Source: a virus
Taxonomy: Duplodnaviria > Caudoviricetes
IMG/VR virus record: IMGVR_UViG_3300035661_000128
Location: 1 to 42,654 of that record
DNA length: 42,654 nucleotides
Strand: one strand, 5' to 3'
The notes below the pieces were generated by a model, which saw only the letters and a program-made list of their open reading frames with translations, had not been told where the DNA came from and did not search any database. Within the stretch, counting starts at the first letter, position 1; every line of letters begins with the position of its first letter. A program made the translations under genes and the position numbers. Shown here piece by piece: positions 9,693 through 19,660 of this stretch.

Positions 9693-11012
9693 ATGGCAAC
9701 AAAATTAGAAAAACTAAGTCTAGATGAACTTTACGCCAAAGAAAAAAAGACACCAGCTGTAAGATCCGCAATAATTAAACTAACAGATTTTTCTAAGATA
9801 AATAAGAATTATTGTGAAAGCATTTGTACTTTAAAATGTAAAAACTTTGAATCTATAAGACTTCAGCATGATCCTGTTGATATCCTGATTATTCAGGATC
9901 ATAGAAGTCCCCCTGGGAAGTATGATAGAGATGACTCTAAACAAGAAGCTATTCAGAGTAAGGTAGTTCAGTTTATTTGTGAACAAGCTGGGTTTAATGG
10001 GCTAAAGTTTAGATTAACTAACCTGTTAAAGTGCCAGGCTTCAGAAGAAGACTTTCCAATGGGTAAGCCCCCTACTCAAACAACGTTGCAGAAGTGTTTT
10101 CCTTATCTGCACGAAGAACTGGTCCGGTCTAAGCCGAAGGTTATTATCTCGCTTGGAACTGCAGTAACTAAGTCCCTTGGACTGAACAAACATAGCAATA
10201 CTGGAAATAGAGGAGAGATAGCTTTCTCAGAATATGGCCCAGTCGTTGTAACTCTACCGCCTAGAATTCTAACCTATATTCGTCAGAATGCACGAGGTTC
10301 CGCTGGAATGTGGGGGCCGGATTATCTTAAGGTTATACAAAGAGATTTTGAGAAAGCTAGGAAGATAGCCAAAGGTGAGATTAAATACGACAAGGACACG
10401 TTACAAAACACCGTTAAAGAACTGGCGGAAACTAGGATTCGGATAGCTGAATCTATCCAAGACGTTAAAGAAATAACTGAGTTTTTAACGTCGCTTCCGT
10501 CAGACCAAATTATCAGCTTTGACACTGAAACTACGTCACTTGATCCTCTAGATCCAACCTTAAAAATCCTATCAATTCAGTTCGGTTGGAAAGGGTTAGA
10601 CGGTATAATTTACGCTGGTGTAATTCCTCTTTGGCATAGAGAGAATAAGTTTTATAACCCTGAAGAAGCTTGGAAGTTAGTAGAGCCCATATTGCTTAGC
10701 GATGTGCCTAAAGTTGGGCATAATGCTAAGTACGATATCTTGGTTATTTACTGGAATCGAGGTATTCGAGTTAAGAATGTGACGTTCGACACTTTACTTT
10801 TATTACATAGTATCGAGTCTGGCACTCAGGGTTGTTATGGTCTTAAAGCAGCTTGTTGGGACCATTTACTTGATATAGGCTTTGCTGGATATGAGGAATC
10901 ACTAGGGGATCTAAAAAAACTACAAAAGGAGAAAAATAAAGAGATGGAAAAGAAGAAGGAAGAAAATGAAGCTGAAAAAGCTTTGAGCGAGGCTTTTGAT
11001 GGAACAAATTGA
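9693..11012 (+). CDS. family A DNA polymerase, N-terminal subunit: UDG-like domain + Exo I/II part of the 3'-5' exonuclease
   Basis: TNLLKC...PPT...CFPYL.EEL...KPKVIISLG (family-4 UDG-like); SFDTET (Exo I); GHNAKYD (Exo II); FDTLL; YGLK. Confidence 0.85.
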   Translation: MATKLEKLSLDELYAKEKKTPAVRSAIIKLTDFSKINKNYCESICTLKCKNFESIRLQHDPVDILIIQDHRSPPGKYDRDDSKQEAIQSKVVQFICEQAGFNGLKFRLTNLLKCQASEEDFPMGKPPTQTTLQKCFPYLHEELVRSKPKVIISLGTAVTKSLGLNKHSNTGNRGEIAFSEYGPVVVTLPPRILTYIRQNARGSAGMWGPDYLKVIQRDFEKARKIAKGEIKYDKDTLQNTVKELAETRIRIAESIQDVKEITEFLTSLPSDQIISFDTETTSLDPLDPTLKILSIQFGWKGLDGIIYAGVIPLWHRENKFYNPEEAWKLVEPILLSDVPKVGHNAKYDILVIYWNRGIRVKNVTFDTLLLLHSIESGTQGCYGLKAACWDHLLDIGFAGYEESLGDLKKLQKEKNKEMEKKKEENEAEKALSEAFDGTN

Positions 11013-12074
11013 TCTAGTTGAAAGGTTGGAGGACGAAGATCTTAAGCAACGTTTACTCGAAGGAGAAGACGAGGTTAGTGAAGAGATTGAGCCGGTAGTT
11101 AAGCTTTCGTACGAGGACTTTAACTATGATCAACTCAATGTTTATGCGGGGATTGATTGCATAGGAACTCTGGGGCTGTTAGAAAGACTTTTGCCTACTT
11201 TGACTCAGGAAGACGGAGTTATTAATGTAGACTTAGAGGGTAAGAAGACGCCAGGATATGCGCCACCGATTATTCAAAGCTTTCTGGATATTGAGATTCC
11301 CGCTCATGAGTTCATTATTGACCTAGAGATTAATGGCATGGGATATTCAATACCTCGTAACCAGTTCTTAGCTAAAAAGATGGTGGAAGAAGTAGCTGGG
11401 TTAGATGATAAGATTTTTACGCAGATAGGTAAAAAGATTGATCTGAATTCTGGTCCGGTGGTAGCTGAGTTTCTATACGGTCAGAAGGGCTTAGAAGTGC
11501 CATTCCTGACGAAAAGTGGAGAACCGGCTACCGATGGTATGGCTTTGCTTACGTTGGCAGGATTGGACCCCTTAGGGAATAAGTATGTAACCAAGGATGC
11601 TTCGTTACAATACTTGGCTGATATGGCGAAGAGGAAGGACATTAACTCAGTCTATAACACGTTTATAAAAAACTACGTTAAGGACTTTGTTAAAAGGGAT
11701 GGGAGAATACATTGTTCGTACAATATGTTCGGCACAGCATCATTCCGAATTTCTGGCTCTGATCCCAACTTGACTCAGCTTCCCCGTCCGAAACATGGAT
11801 ACAATGTTCGGACATGTTACACAGAAGATCCGGGCTACGTATTTATTAGTATTGATTTCAGTAGTGCTGAGTGTAAGATTCTTGCGAATATCGCTCAGGA
11901 ATCCTCTATGCTTAAGGCTATAGAGAATGGATTAGACTTTCATACGTTTTCTGCTAGTGCCGCAAAAGGCATTCCATACGAAGAAATGATGGGTGTTTTA
12001 AAAGACCAAAATCATAAATTGTATAGTGAATACAAGGGTTTGCGCCAAATTATGAAGATTTTAACATTTAGTAT
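10999..12074 (+). CDS. polA: family A DNA polymerase, C-terminal subunit, exon 1
   Basis: GAGG RBS before ATG 10999; Exo III YAGID; T.SFRISGSDPNLTQLP; motif A IDFSSAE; DFH; motif B start RQIMKILTFS. Confidence 0.85.
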
Positions 12075-13124
12075 TGATAACGGTACCAACTTGTGGTAAC
12101 ATAAGTTTGCAAACTCGCTCAATTGCTGGAACCCTAACCCGAGATATCGGTACGGCAATCAGCAGCCAGAATATTCCGGGAGGAGTATAAATGGTTCAAC
12201 GACTCATAGATTTTCTAGGACAGAAAATACTAGGATGGAATAATCCATAACACGGCGAGTACCCTTAGAAATAAAATAATGCCAGCTAAAAAATTCAATA
12301 TAAATCATAATGCATTCGCTACTATTACACCTGAATCGGCCTACTGGGCTGGATTTTTAGCGGCTGATGGTAACTTACGAATATCCAGCAGTGGATGTAA
12401 ACAAGTTAGATTGTATTTAAAGAAATCAGATGCTACACATTTAGAAAAATTTAAACGATTTCTAAATAGTAAACATAAGGTATCTTTAAGTCCAACATAT
12501 GATAGATGTTCATTTGAATTTGTTAGTGAAAAAATGTACGACGATCTTATTCGTCTATATAATATTACGCCTAATAAATCTTTGACTTATGTATTTCCAA
12601 ACATACCGGAAGAATTTATGCCACATTTTATACGTGGAGTATTTGACGGAGATGGGTGTATAAGTGAAGGATTTTGGAATAAGAATTCCAGAACTGCATC
12701 GGTTAGTATCTCAATAGTTGGTACTGACTCTATGATTCAAGAAATTCTTAATTGGGCTAATAAAAATATAGGTAGAATAGACTATAAGCCTTCAGATCAC
12801 CATAGTACCTCCGGCTGCTCTATATTTAATCTAGCAGTTAGACAGGGTATACAATTCTTAGCTAAGCTATATGAGGGTTCGACGGAAGAAACCAGACTTG
12901 ATAGAAAGTTTGAAATCTTTAATAGAATTTTTAACGGCGAAAGAAAAGTTAGAGAAATTGCACCTTACGAAGAGCGGATGGTTTGTAAAACAGATCGTAA
13001 ACGTAGATTTCAACCAGGCATAAAAGAAGCTGCACCAATACTGCCGCATCAGGCTTATCGTATTGCAGATAGAAATAAGGGTAATGGTATAGTCTAAACA
13101 GTAAGGAAACTTACTGAGTATTTG
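12075..13124 (+). mobile_element. group I self-splicing intron in the DNA polymerase gene
   Basis: 5' exon ends in U with P1 GTATTG/CGGTAC (U.G at 12074); P-like AATTGCTGGAA, Q-like AATCAGCAG, R-like TTCAACGACT, S-like GGTATAGTCT; terminal G at 13124. Splicing restores in-frame KILTFSILYGSS (motif B). Confidence 0.9.
12279..13097 (+). CDS. intron-encoded double-motif LAGLIDADG homing endonuclease
   Basis: YWAGFLAADG and FIRGVFDGDG motifs; stop codon overlaps the intron S element. Confidence 0.9.
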   Translation: MPAKKFNINHNAFATITPESAYWAGFLAADGNLRISSSGCKQVRLYLKKSDATHLEKFKRFLNSKHKVSLSPTYDRCSFEFVSEKMYDDLIRLYNITPNKSLTYVFPNIPEEFMPHFIRGVFDGDGCISEGFWNKNSRTASVSISIVGTDSMIQEILNWANKNIGRIDYKPSDHHSTSGCSIFNLAVRQGIQFLAKLYEGSTEETRLDRKFEIFNRIFNGERKVREIAPYEERMVCKTDRKRRFQPGIKEAAPILPHQAYRIADRNKGNGIV

Positions 13125-13725
13125 CTTATACGGATCTTCAAATGCAGGAATCGCAAGACAATTAAATTTATCTAAGGATGAAGCAGACGTAATTATCAAC
13201 TTATACTTTAAAACTTTTCCCGGTGTTCGTAAGTATATTGAAAGTACCCATGAATTTGCACGATTAAATCAATTTAATATCACGCCGTTAGGTCAAAGAA
13301 AAAGGCAATATGGTACGTATCCTGTATTTAAACCCACTGCAGCTTTTAATGCCTCATTGCGTGTTGGACAAAATTTTGGTATACAATCTGCTACTAGCTC
13401 TATCGGACTAGCAACTTTTACAGAACTTAATCGTAGAATAAAACCATTCGGTGCCAAAAGTACCTGCTGTGTCTACGACAGTCAAGAAATTTCTTGCCCA
13501 ATAGAACACGCTGCTGAGGTTATAAATATAGCCTACGATACTTTTAATACTTACCCTCAACAAGCCTTCCCCTTTATGCAACTTCCTATAGGCGCAGAAG
13601 CGGATTGTGGCATTTCTTGGGGTGAAACCAAGATAGTACATCCTGGTGTAACTCAAGCAGAAGTTCTAGCAATCATTGAGAAAGTAAAGCTTGAATCAAT
13701 AGCGATGTTCGGAACCCTACTATAA
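13125..13725 (+). CDS. polA: family A DNA polymerase, C-terminal subunit, exon 2
   Basis: LYGSSNAGIARQL...YFKTFPGV...TPLGQRK...NFGIQS...VYDS (motif C)...GISWGE. Same frame as ORF 13357-13725; joined product about 558 aa. Confidence 0.88.
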
Positions 13726-13858
13726 AAATTTATTTCACGTAAAACCTTGCTAAGAGACTTTGCGTGAGATAAAATAAACATCTGATCCCCGGTTTTAACA
13801 ATTCCAAAAACGTTAACCCGGGGAATTTTTATCCCCAAATAAAACCAACAATATACAC

Positions 13859-16800
13859 ATGAAAATTTCCCCGCAAGACATTTCTACCGAAGTTTTACTA
13901 GAAAAATATGCAAAAGGTACTGAGTCTTCAGTTGAAGATGTACAAAAGAGAGTAGCTAAAGCTTTATCTGCTGTTGAGAAAGATCCGTCTAAGTTTGAAG
14001 CTGAGTTCTTAAAGGCACAACAAGATGGCTTTATTCCTGCCGGAAGAATTAATTCAGCCGCAGGAACTGATCTACAGGCTACGCTTATTAATTGTTTTGT
14101 GCAACCTATCGGTGACTCTATATCAGTTACAGAAGATAACCTACCTGGTATCTATAATGCCTTACAAAAAGCGGCAGAAACCATGCGCCGTGGAGGAGGA
14201 GTAGGTTATAACTTCACGGCCGTTAGACCTACCAATGCTAAGGTAAAAGGAACCGCTTCAAAAGCTTCAGGTCCCGTTTCTTACATGCGAGTGTTTGATA
14301 GATCCTGTGAGACTATTGAAAGCGCTGGCGCCCGTAGAGGAGCCCAGTTAGTTGCACTTAACATTGACCACCCTGATATTGAACAATTTATTACTGTCAA
14401 GCAAACGGCCGGTGAACTAACTAATTTCAATGTTTCTGTTGGTCTTACTGATAAATTTATGCGAGCAGTAGAAAACGATAGTGATTTTGAGTTAGTTCAT
14501 AAAAAAGAACCTTCTGACGAATTGATTTCTAAGGGCGCAAAACAAAGAGAAGATAGTCTCTGGGTTTATAAAACCGTTAAGGCTCGTGTGTTGTGGGATC
14601 AAATTATGAAAGGAACCTACGACTTCGCTGAGCCAGGGACATTGTTTTTAGATAGAATTAAAGAAGAGAATAATCTTCAGTATTGTGAAACTATTGATGC
14701 TACTAATCCTTGTGTAACTGCGGATACTTGGGTTATGACTGATACGGGCCCTGCCCAGGTCCGAAATTTGATTGGTAAATCTTTTACAGCTATAGTAGAT
14801 GGTAAATCCCATGTATCCGGAAAGGATGGATTTTTTAAGACTGGTACCAAACAGGTGTTTAAGCTTGAAACCTCTAAGGGTTATTCTGTTCGTTTAACAG
14901 AAGATCATCAAGTACTTACGATTTCTGATAACAATGAAAAAATTTGGAAAGCCGCTAAACATCTAGTTAAAGATGAGAAACTTGTACTAAATAATCAGAG
15001 ATCTTTCACTAAATGGTCTGGTAAAGGTACAAGAGATGAGGGATATTTACTTGGTCTTATGTACGGAGATGGATTTTTACACAATGCTAAAAATACTGCT
15101 TGTTTACAAGTTTGGCCTCAGGCAGGCGTAGAACCTGTACTTGAGGCGGTAGAAATGGCAGCGTCTACAAGTCTTAAACTTAAAACCGATCATAAGGGTT
15201 GGCAACAACCTAATTCTCTACTTGGAAATTCTCAACGTTTCGAGTCTAAAGACCTACGTAGGTTGGCTGCTGATTTTGGCATCATCGATGAAAAACGTAT
15301 TACTGAAGAAATAGAAAAAGCGTCATACAATTTTTATCAAGGATTCCTATGTGGTTTATTCGACGCAGATGGTTCGGTTTATATTGAGCCCGGTGTTAGT
15401 TCTAATATCGAACTTGCTCAGTCTGATAAGCCGTGCCTAGAAGCTATTCAACGCATGCTGGGTAGAATGGGTATCATTTCAACTGTAAAAAAATGTAAGG
15501 AAGCTGGCGTTGAACCTTTCCCAAGAGCTAACGGCCAATTTGCCGAATGTGTAACTAAGGCTAAATATCGTCTTCGGATTCGCAGTGATAACATTACCCT
15601 TTTTGTTAAGGAAATTGGCTTTAATGATAGTGAAAAACTAAAGAAAGCATCTACAGACGTAGTTAATTTTAAGGAAGAAAAATTTACGACTAAATTTGAA
15701 TCTTTGAGTATTGATAGTATTGAAGACGTTTATGATGTCCAGATTCCGGGCATAAACGCCTTTGATGCAAATGTGTTGTATTTACACAACTGTGGTGAAC
15801 AGCCGTTGCCCGCTTATGGCTGCTGCTGCCTAGGTTCCGTAGATTTAACCAAGTTCATAACTAACCCCTTTACTGTCCATGCTAAATTCGACTTCAAGTC
15901 CCTATCTGACGTAGTCAAAACCTCGATCCGCATGCTCGACAACGTTCTAGATGCTACCGTTTGGCCCTTAAAGGAACAGCACGTAGAAGCTATGAATAAA
16001 CGTCGTGTAGGCTTGGGTATTACTGGGCTTGGGGATGCACTGATCATGTTAGGTCTTGCTTATGACACGCCTGAGGCTCGTGATATGGCGGACGAAATCA
16101 TGCAAATCGTCACCTATGCAGCCTATGATTCTTCGATTAACCTTGCTAAGGAAAAGGGTCCTTTCCCGTTATTCAATGCTGAAAAATATTTGGAATCTGG
16201 TTTTTGCAAACGTTTACCCGATAGTATCCGGGCTGGTATTAGCCGTCACGGTATTCGTAATAGTCATCTTATTTCTATTGCTCCTACTGGTACTATCAGT
16301 CTGGCATTTGCTGACAACGCCTCTAACGGAGTTGAACCAGCATTCAGCTGGACCTATGACCGTACTAAGAGAATGGCTGATGGCTCTAAGAAGATTTATG
16401 CGGTAGAAGATCATGCTTACAGACTCTATAAAGAACTAGGATTCGGAAACGATGTAAAAACTTTACCTTCTTACTTCAAGAACGCTTTAGAAATTGATGT
16501 TCAAGGACATGTCTTGATGGTAGCCGCCGTTAAGGACTATGTGGACGCAGCTATTTCTAAAACGATCAATGTACCTGCAGATTATCCCTATGAAGACTTT
16601 AAGGGGATCTATATGCAAGCTTGGAAGCTTGGCTTGAAGGGTATTACTACGTATAGACCTAGTGGAGTACGAGGGGCTGTTCTTTCTGTGACACCATCTC
16701 CTAGCCCGACACCAACAGTATCTCCTAGCCCTAGTCCTGCTATCGTTCCTCCGTTAAAACTAGACGAATCCACAAAAAGACTAATTCTTTCTAAGACTAG

Positions 16801-17800
16801 TACTCCGGTTCTAGATAGTCTCCGTTGGCCTAATCGTCCTAAGCTTCCACAGGGAGCTTCGGCCTGGGTCTCCGATAGAATTGAAGCTTCTGATGGGGAT
16901 TTTGTAGCAATTGTCTCGGATATCGAGAAAAAGCCTTTTGAAGTCTGGGTTACCGGCGGAAATCCTCCTAGAGGTCTAGGTTCGCTCTCGAAGATGCTTA
17001 GCTTGGATATGCATACCGAAGACGTGGCATGGGTAGGTCGAAAACTTGAAGTGTTAGAAAAGACTAAGGGAACTGAGCTTAGTATGGTTAATCCTGCTAC
17101 CAAGCGGATCAAAACTATGCCATCCAGCGTTGCAGCCTTGGCAAGTTTGGTTAAGTATCGGTATGAAGCTTTGACCGAAAGTCAAGAAGAAAAGACCAGT
17201 GAAGTTCCCGTGTCTCCTATGTTAGAGGCTTTGATTACACCTCGTGAACCTAAGACTGGTACTGATGGTACTATGGCCTGGGCTATCGACGTTATTAATC
17301 CTATCGCTGGAGACGAGTTTGTACTCATGCTAAAAGAACTAGTTATGCCTGACGGTACAACTAGGCCTTATTCAGCCTGGGTAGCAGGAAAATATCCTAA
17401 GAACTTCGAGGGCCTGTTAAAAGTTTTGACCTTGGATATGCGGATTGTTGATCCTGCTTGGATTGCCATGAAGCTTCGTAAGCTTCTTAGTTATGTCGAG
17501 CCTCAGGGTGACTTCATGGCTAGGATGCCGAACAGTGAGAAATCGTCTACGTTTGGATCTACAGAAGCTTATTTGGCCAGGCTTATTATTCATCGTTATG
17601 CGATGCTGGGAATTTTGGACTCGGAAGGATTTCCGGTTAAACAAATGGGAGTTGTAAGCAAAGAAAACCAAGAAAGTTTAGTTAAGTCTTCTGAAGTGAT
17701 TTTAGGTAAAGAATGTCCTGAATGTGGAGTACATGCAGTCATCAAGAAGGATGGTTGTTTGTACTGTACTTCATGCGGGTATGTAGGTAGTTGCGGATAA
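13859..17800 (+). CDS. nrdJ: class II (B12-dependent) ribonucleotide reductase with intein
   Basis: PAGRI, NCFV, GGGVG, RRGA, NP|CGEQPL, APTGT, SKTIN, KGITTYR; Pro/Ser/Thr linker; C-terminal domains ending CPECG...CTSCG. Confidence 0.95.
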   Translation: MKISPQDISTEVLLEKYAKGTESSVEDVQKRVAKALSAVEKDPSKFEAEFLKAQQDGFIPAGRINSAAGTDLQATLINCFVQPIGDSISVTEDNLPGIYNALQKAAETMRRGGGVGYNFTAVRPTNAKVKGTASKASGPVSYMRVFDRSCETIESAGARRGAQLVALNIDHPDIEQFITVKQTAGELTNFNVSVGLTDKFMRAVENDSDFELVHKKEPSDELISKGAKQREDSLWVYKTVKARVLWDQIMKGTYDFAEPGTLFLDRIKEENNLQYCETIDATNPCVTADTWVMTDTGPAQVRNLIGKSFTAIVDGKSHVSGKDGFFKTGTKQVFKLETSKGYSVRLTEDHQVLTISDNNEKIWKAAKHLVKDEKLVLNNQRSFTKWSGKGTRDEGYLLGLMYGDGFLHNAKNTACLQVWPQAGVEPVLEAVEMAASTSLKLKTDHKGWQQPNSLLGNSQRFESKDLRRLAADFGIIDEKRITEEIEKASYNFYQGFLCGLFDADGSVYIEPGVSSNIELAQSDKPCLEAIQRMLGRMGIISTVKKCKEAGVEPFPRANGQFAECVTKAKYRLRIRSDNITLFVKEIGFNDSEKLKKASTDVVNFKEEKFTTKFESLSIDSIEDVYDVQIPGINAFDANVLYLHNCGEQPLPAYGCCCLGSVDLTKFITNPFTVHAKFDFKSLSDVVKTSIRMLDNVLDATVWPLKEQHVEAMNKRRVGLGITGLGDALIMLGLAYDTPEARDMADEIMQIVTYAAYDSSINLAKEKGPFPLFNAEKYLESGFCKRLPDSIRAGISRHGIRNSHLISIAPTGTISLAFADNASNGVEPAFSWTYDRTKRMADGSKKIYAVEDHAYRLYKELGFGNDVKTLPSYFKNALEIDVQGHVLMVAAVKDYVDAAISKTINVPADYPYEDFKGIYMQAWKLGLKGITTYRPSGVRGAVLSVTPSPSPTPTVSPSPSPAIVPPLKLDESTKRLILSKTSTPVLDSLRWPNRPKLPQGASAWVSDRIEASDGDFVAIVSDIEKKPFEVWVTGGNPPRGLGSLSKMLSLDMHTEDVAWVGRKLEVLEKTKGTELSMVNPATKRIKTMPSSVAALASLVKYRYEALTESQEEKTSEVPVSPMLEALITPREPKTGTDGTMAWAIDVINPIAGDEFVLMLKELVMPDGTTRPYSAWVAGKYPKNFEGLLKVLTLDMRIVDPAWIAMKLRKLLSYVEPQGDFMARMPNSEKSSTFGSTEAYLARLIIHRYAMLGILDSEGFPVKQMGVVSKENQESLVKSSEVILGKECPECGVHAVIKKDGCLYCTSCGYVGSCG
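14711..15790 (+). mobile_element. intein (360 aa) with LAGLIDADG endonuclease in NrdJ
   Basis: Starts CVTADT after ATNP and ends YLHN before CGE; block B LTEDH; LLGLMYGDG and LCGLFDADG motifs. Confidence 0.93.
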
Positions 17801-17802
17801 AT

Positions 17803-17828
17803 AAAAGCCCTAGTTTTAGGGCTTTTTT
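17803..17828 (+). terminator. Rho-independent terminator
   Basis: AAAAGCCCTA-GTTT-TAGGGCTTTT + T. Confidence 0.85.
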
Positions 17829-17830
17829 AA

Positions 17831-17860
17831 TTCACTTTTATTACCTTTTTATGGTATAAG
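17831..17860 (+). promoter_or_regulatory. recurring phage promoter motif
   Basis: TTCACT-N18-TATAAG with TGG, directly after a terminator. Confidence 0.65.
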
Positions 17861-17873
17861 ATTAGTATAGAAG

Positions 17874-18095
17874 ATGTACCTAATGTCAGAACTACTTGGT
17901 TTAAAACCTTGCCCTTTCTGCGGCCAAGAAGAACCTGGAGAAATGTATCCCAAAAGAGATACACGTGGTCTTTTTGTACAACCATTAGACAAGTTTTTTC
18001 TTGTTCGTTGTTGTGGATGTTTGACAGAAGGACCTTTGGTAGAAACAAAAGAAGAGGCTATAAAAGCCTGGAACACAAGATCCCCCCCAACTTAG
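17874..18095 (+). CDS. Lar-like (restriction alleviation family) Zn-finger protein
   Basis: LKPCPFCG...VRCCGC...GP...EAIKAWNTR. Confidence 0.75.
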   Translation: MYLMSELLGLKPCPFCGQEEPGEMYPKRDTRGLFVQPLDKFFLVRCCGCLTEGPLVETKEEAIKAWNTRSPPT

Positions 18096-18316
18096 GAGCT
18101 TTCCCCATGAAGATTTTTGTCTCAGCTTTCGGCCAAGAATTCGCCGTTGAAATGGCCTGCATGTTCTGGCTGATCGTTCTATATTCTCTTTCGGTCAGCA
18201 TTTTTCACTGAATTTTGGCAATAGGCTTGCTTCTTCTCTTCAGCGGAGTTATACTCTATCTCTGACTAGGTCTTGTTAATCACTTGACCTGGTTTTTGCT
18301 TTAAAAGAAGAAAATC

Positions 18317-18568
18317 ATGGCTCAAATAACTACTCAAACTGTTTCAGAATTAACGCTAGAAGAAAAGAGAGCAAGCCTGCTAATGTTGCTGGTGCCCGAC
18401 CAATGGGCCAACGAAGCTGCAACACTTGCCAAGGAATATGAGGGTTTGCCTGAGGCGCAGATCTTCTTGAACACGGCCAGACGATTCCGGGCTTTGAGTG
18501 CTCGGATCAAACAACTTGAAGGATTTCCGTATGGCTCAGGTGGAAACCCTACCGAAGGACAAGGGTGA
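18317..18568 (+). CDS. hypothetical protein
   Basis: 83 aa ORF with purine-rich leader. Confidence 0.55.
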   Translation: MAQITTQTVSELTLEEKRASLLMLLVPDQWANEAATLAKEYEGLPEAQIFLNTARRFRALSARIKQLEGFPYGSGGNPTEGQG

Positions 18569-18749
18569 GTACGGCGGCTCTTGTAACGTGAGGGCCTGCT
18601 TGAAACCCAACTCTGCCGCGTGGTACAACAAGTCAACAAGAAAGTACTACTGCGGTGCGTGTGCATTTCAGATAAACAGATATAATAGGGCTGATTCCCT
18701 GGAATTGTACGGGGATCCGGACTTGTGTAAGCCAGGAAAGGTTGATTAA
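18531..18749 (+). CDS. small Cys-rich phage protein
   Basis: KGEYGGSCNVRAC...WYN.STRKYYCGACA..IN; ATG at 18531 chosen as start. Confidence 0.6.
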   Translation: MAQVETLPKDKGEYGGSCNVRACLKPNSAAWYNKSTRKYYCGACAFQINRYNRADSLELYGDPDLCKPGKVD

Positions 18750-18754
18750 TCAAC

Positions 18755-18973
18755 ATGATCACCAAAAAACTCAATTACAAAAGGTCTTGGCCTAGGTCTG
18801 GATTTTGGTCTGGATTTTGGTCTGGGTCTGGGTCTTGGTCTGGGGCTTGGTCTTGGTCTGGGTCTGGGTCTAGGTCTAGGTCTGGGTCTGGGTCTGGATC
18901 TGGGTTTTGGTCTTGGTCTAGGTCTGGGTCTGGGTCTGGGTCTGGGTCTTGGTCTAGGTCTGGGTCTTGTTAA
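18755..18973 (+). CDS. Ser-(Gly/Trp/Arg) dipeptide-repeat protein, copy 1
   Basis: 72 aa MITKKLNYKRSWPRSGFW + (S-G/W/R)n encoded by TCT(G/T/A)GG hexamers. Confidence 0.55.
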   Translation: MITKKLNYKRSWPRSGFWSGFWSGSGSWSGAWSWSGSGSRSRSGSGSGSGFWSWSRSGSGSGSGSWSRSGSC

Positions 18974-18981
18974 ATAAATCT

Positions 18982-19066
18982 CCCCGGATGACGAAATAGG
19001 TAGACGTAGCGGATTTAAAATCCGCAGCCGTTAGGCGTACCGGTTCGATTCCGGTTCCGGGGACCA
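18982..19066 (+). tRNA. tRNA-Leu(TAA)
   Basis: Acceptor CCCCGGA/TCCGGGG, anticodon arm GCGGA-TTTAAAA-TCCGC, long variable arm, T arm ACCGG-TTCGATT-CCGGT, encoded CCA. Confidence 0.95.
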
Positions 19067-19116
19067 TCACTTCATTTCAAACTTCGTTTCACTTCATTTT
19101 CAACTAGGATTCTTTT

Positions 19117-19398
19117 ATGAAAACTCTCGTTCCTACCCCTGTTGCCGTTGAGCTTTCCAACGAAGGCCTTGAATCTCTTCTCGGCAAAAACATTGAACTC
19201 TTCTGCGGCGTGTATATCTACGCTGGAATGTTGGTCGGTGTGAATAACACCTGCGTAAAATTGGCTAATCCTCACATCGTGTACGAAACCGGTCCGTTCA
19301 AAGACATGAAATATAAGGATGCCCAGTTCATGCACAAAGAGTTTCACTATGTTCAGTTGTCCCTACTGGAATCTTTTGGGGAAACAACTAGACTGTGA
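19117..19398 (+). CDS. small beta-rich protein, possibly Sm/LSm-like fold
   Basis: LESLLGKNIELF...YIYAGMLVGVNNTCVKL pattern resembles the Sm1 motif; fold is an inference. Confidence 0.55.
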   Translation: MKTLVPTPVAVELSNEGLESLLGKNIELFCGVYIYAGMLVGVNNTCVKLANPHIVYETGPFKDMKYKDAQFMHKEFHYVQLSLLESFGETTRL

Positions 19399-19402
19399 TT
19401 AT

Positions 19403-19636
19403 ATGATCACCAAAAAACTCAATTACAAAAGGTCTTGGCCTAGGTCTGGATTTTGGTCTGGATTTTGGTCTGGACTTTGGTCTAGGTCTGGATTTTGGTC
19501 TGGGTCTTGGTCTTGGTCTGGGTCTTGGTCTTGGTCTAGGTCTAGGTCTGGGTCTGGGTCTGGGTCTGGGTCTTGGTCTGGGTCTAGGTCTTGGTCTTGG
19601 TCTAGGTCTGGGTCTAGGTCTGGGTCTGGGTTTTGA
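19403..19636 (+). CDS. Ser-(Gly/Trp/Arg) dipeptide-repeat protein, copy 2
   Basis: 77 aa; first 71 bp identical to copy 1 (18755-18825), then a different order of hexamers. Confidence 0.55.
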   Translation: MITKKLNYKRSWPRSGFWSGFWSGLWSRSGFWSGSWSWSGSWSWSRSRSGSGSGSGSWSGSRSWSWSRSGSRSGSGF

Positions 19637-19660
19637 TTTAATTAAAGGTTACATATAGAG

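Noticed and set aside
10981-12099. Stop-codon reassignment explaining the fragmented polymerase
   Set aside because: The breaks are a frame change and an intron; other long genes read intact in the standard code.
13357-13725. Independent 122 aa gene
   Set aside because: It is the distal part of polymerase exon 2; the frame is open from 13126.
13786-13832. Hairpin upstream of nrdJ as a cobalamin riboswitch
   Set aside because: Intergenic space is only about 130 nt and no B12-box is recognisable.
19319-19402. N-terminal extension of the second Ser-repeat ORF
   Set aside because: It overlaps gene 19117-19398; identity with copy 1 starts exactly at ATG 19403.
18755-19636. Diversity-generating retroelement TR/VR pair
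   Set aside because: No reverse transcriptase in the window; the copies differ by hexamer order, not by adenine-specific changes.
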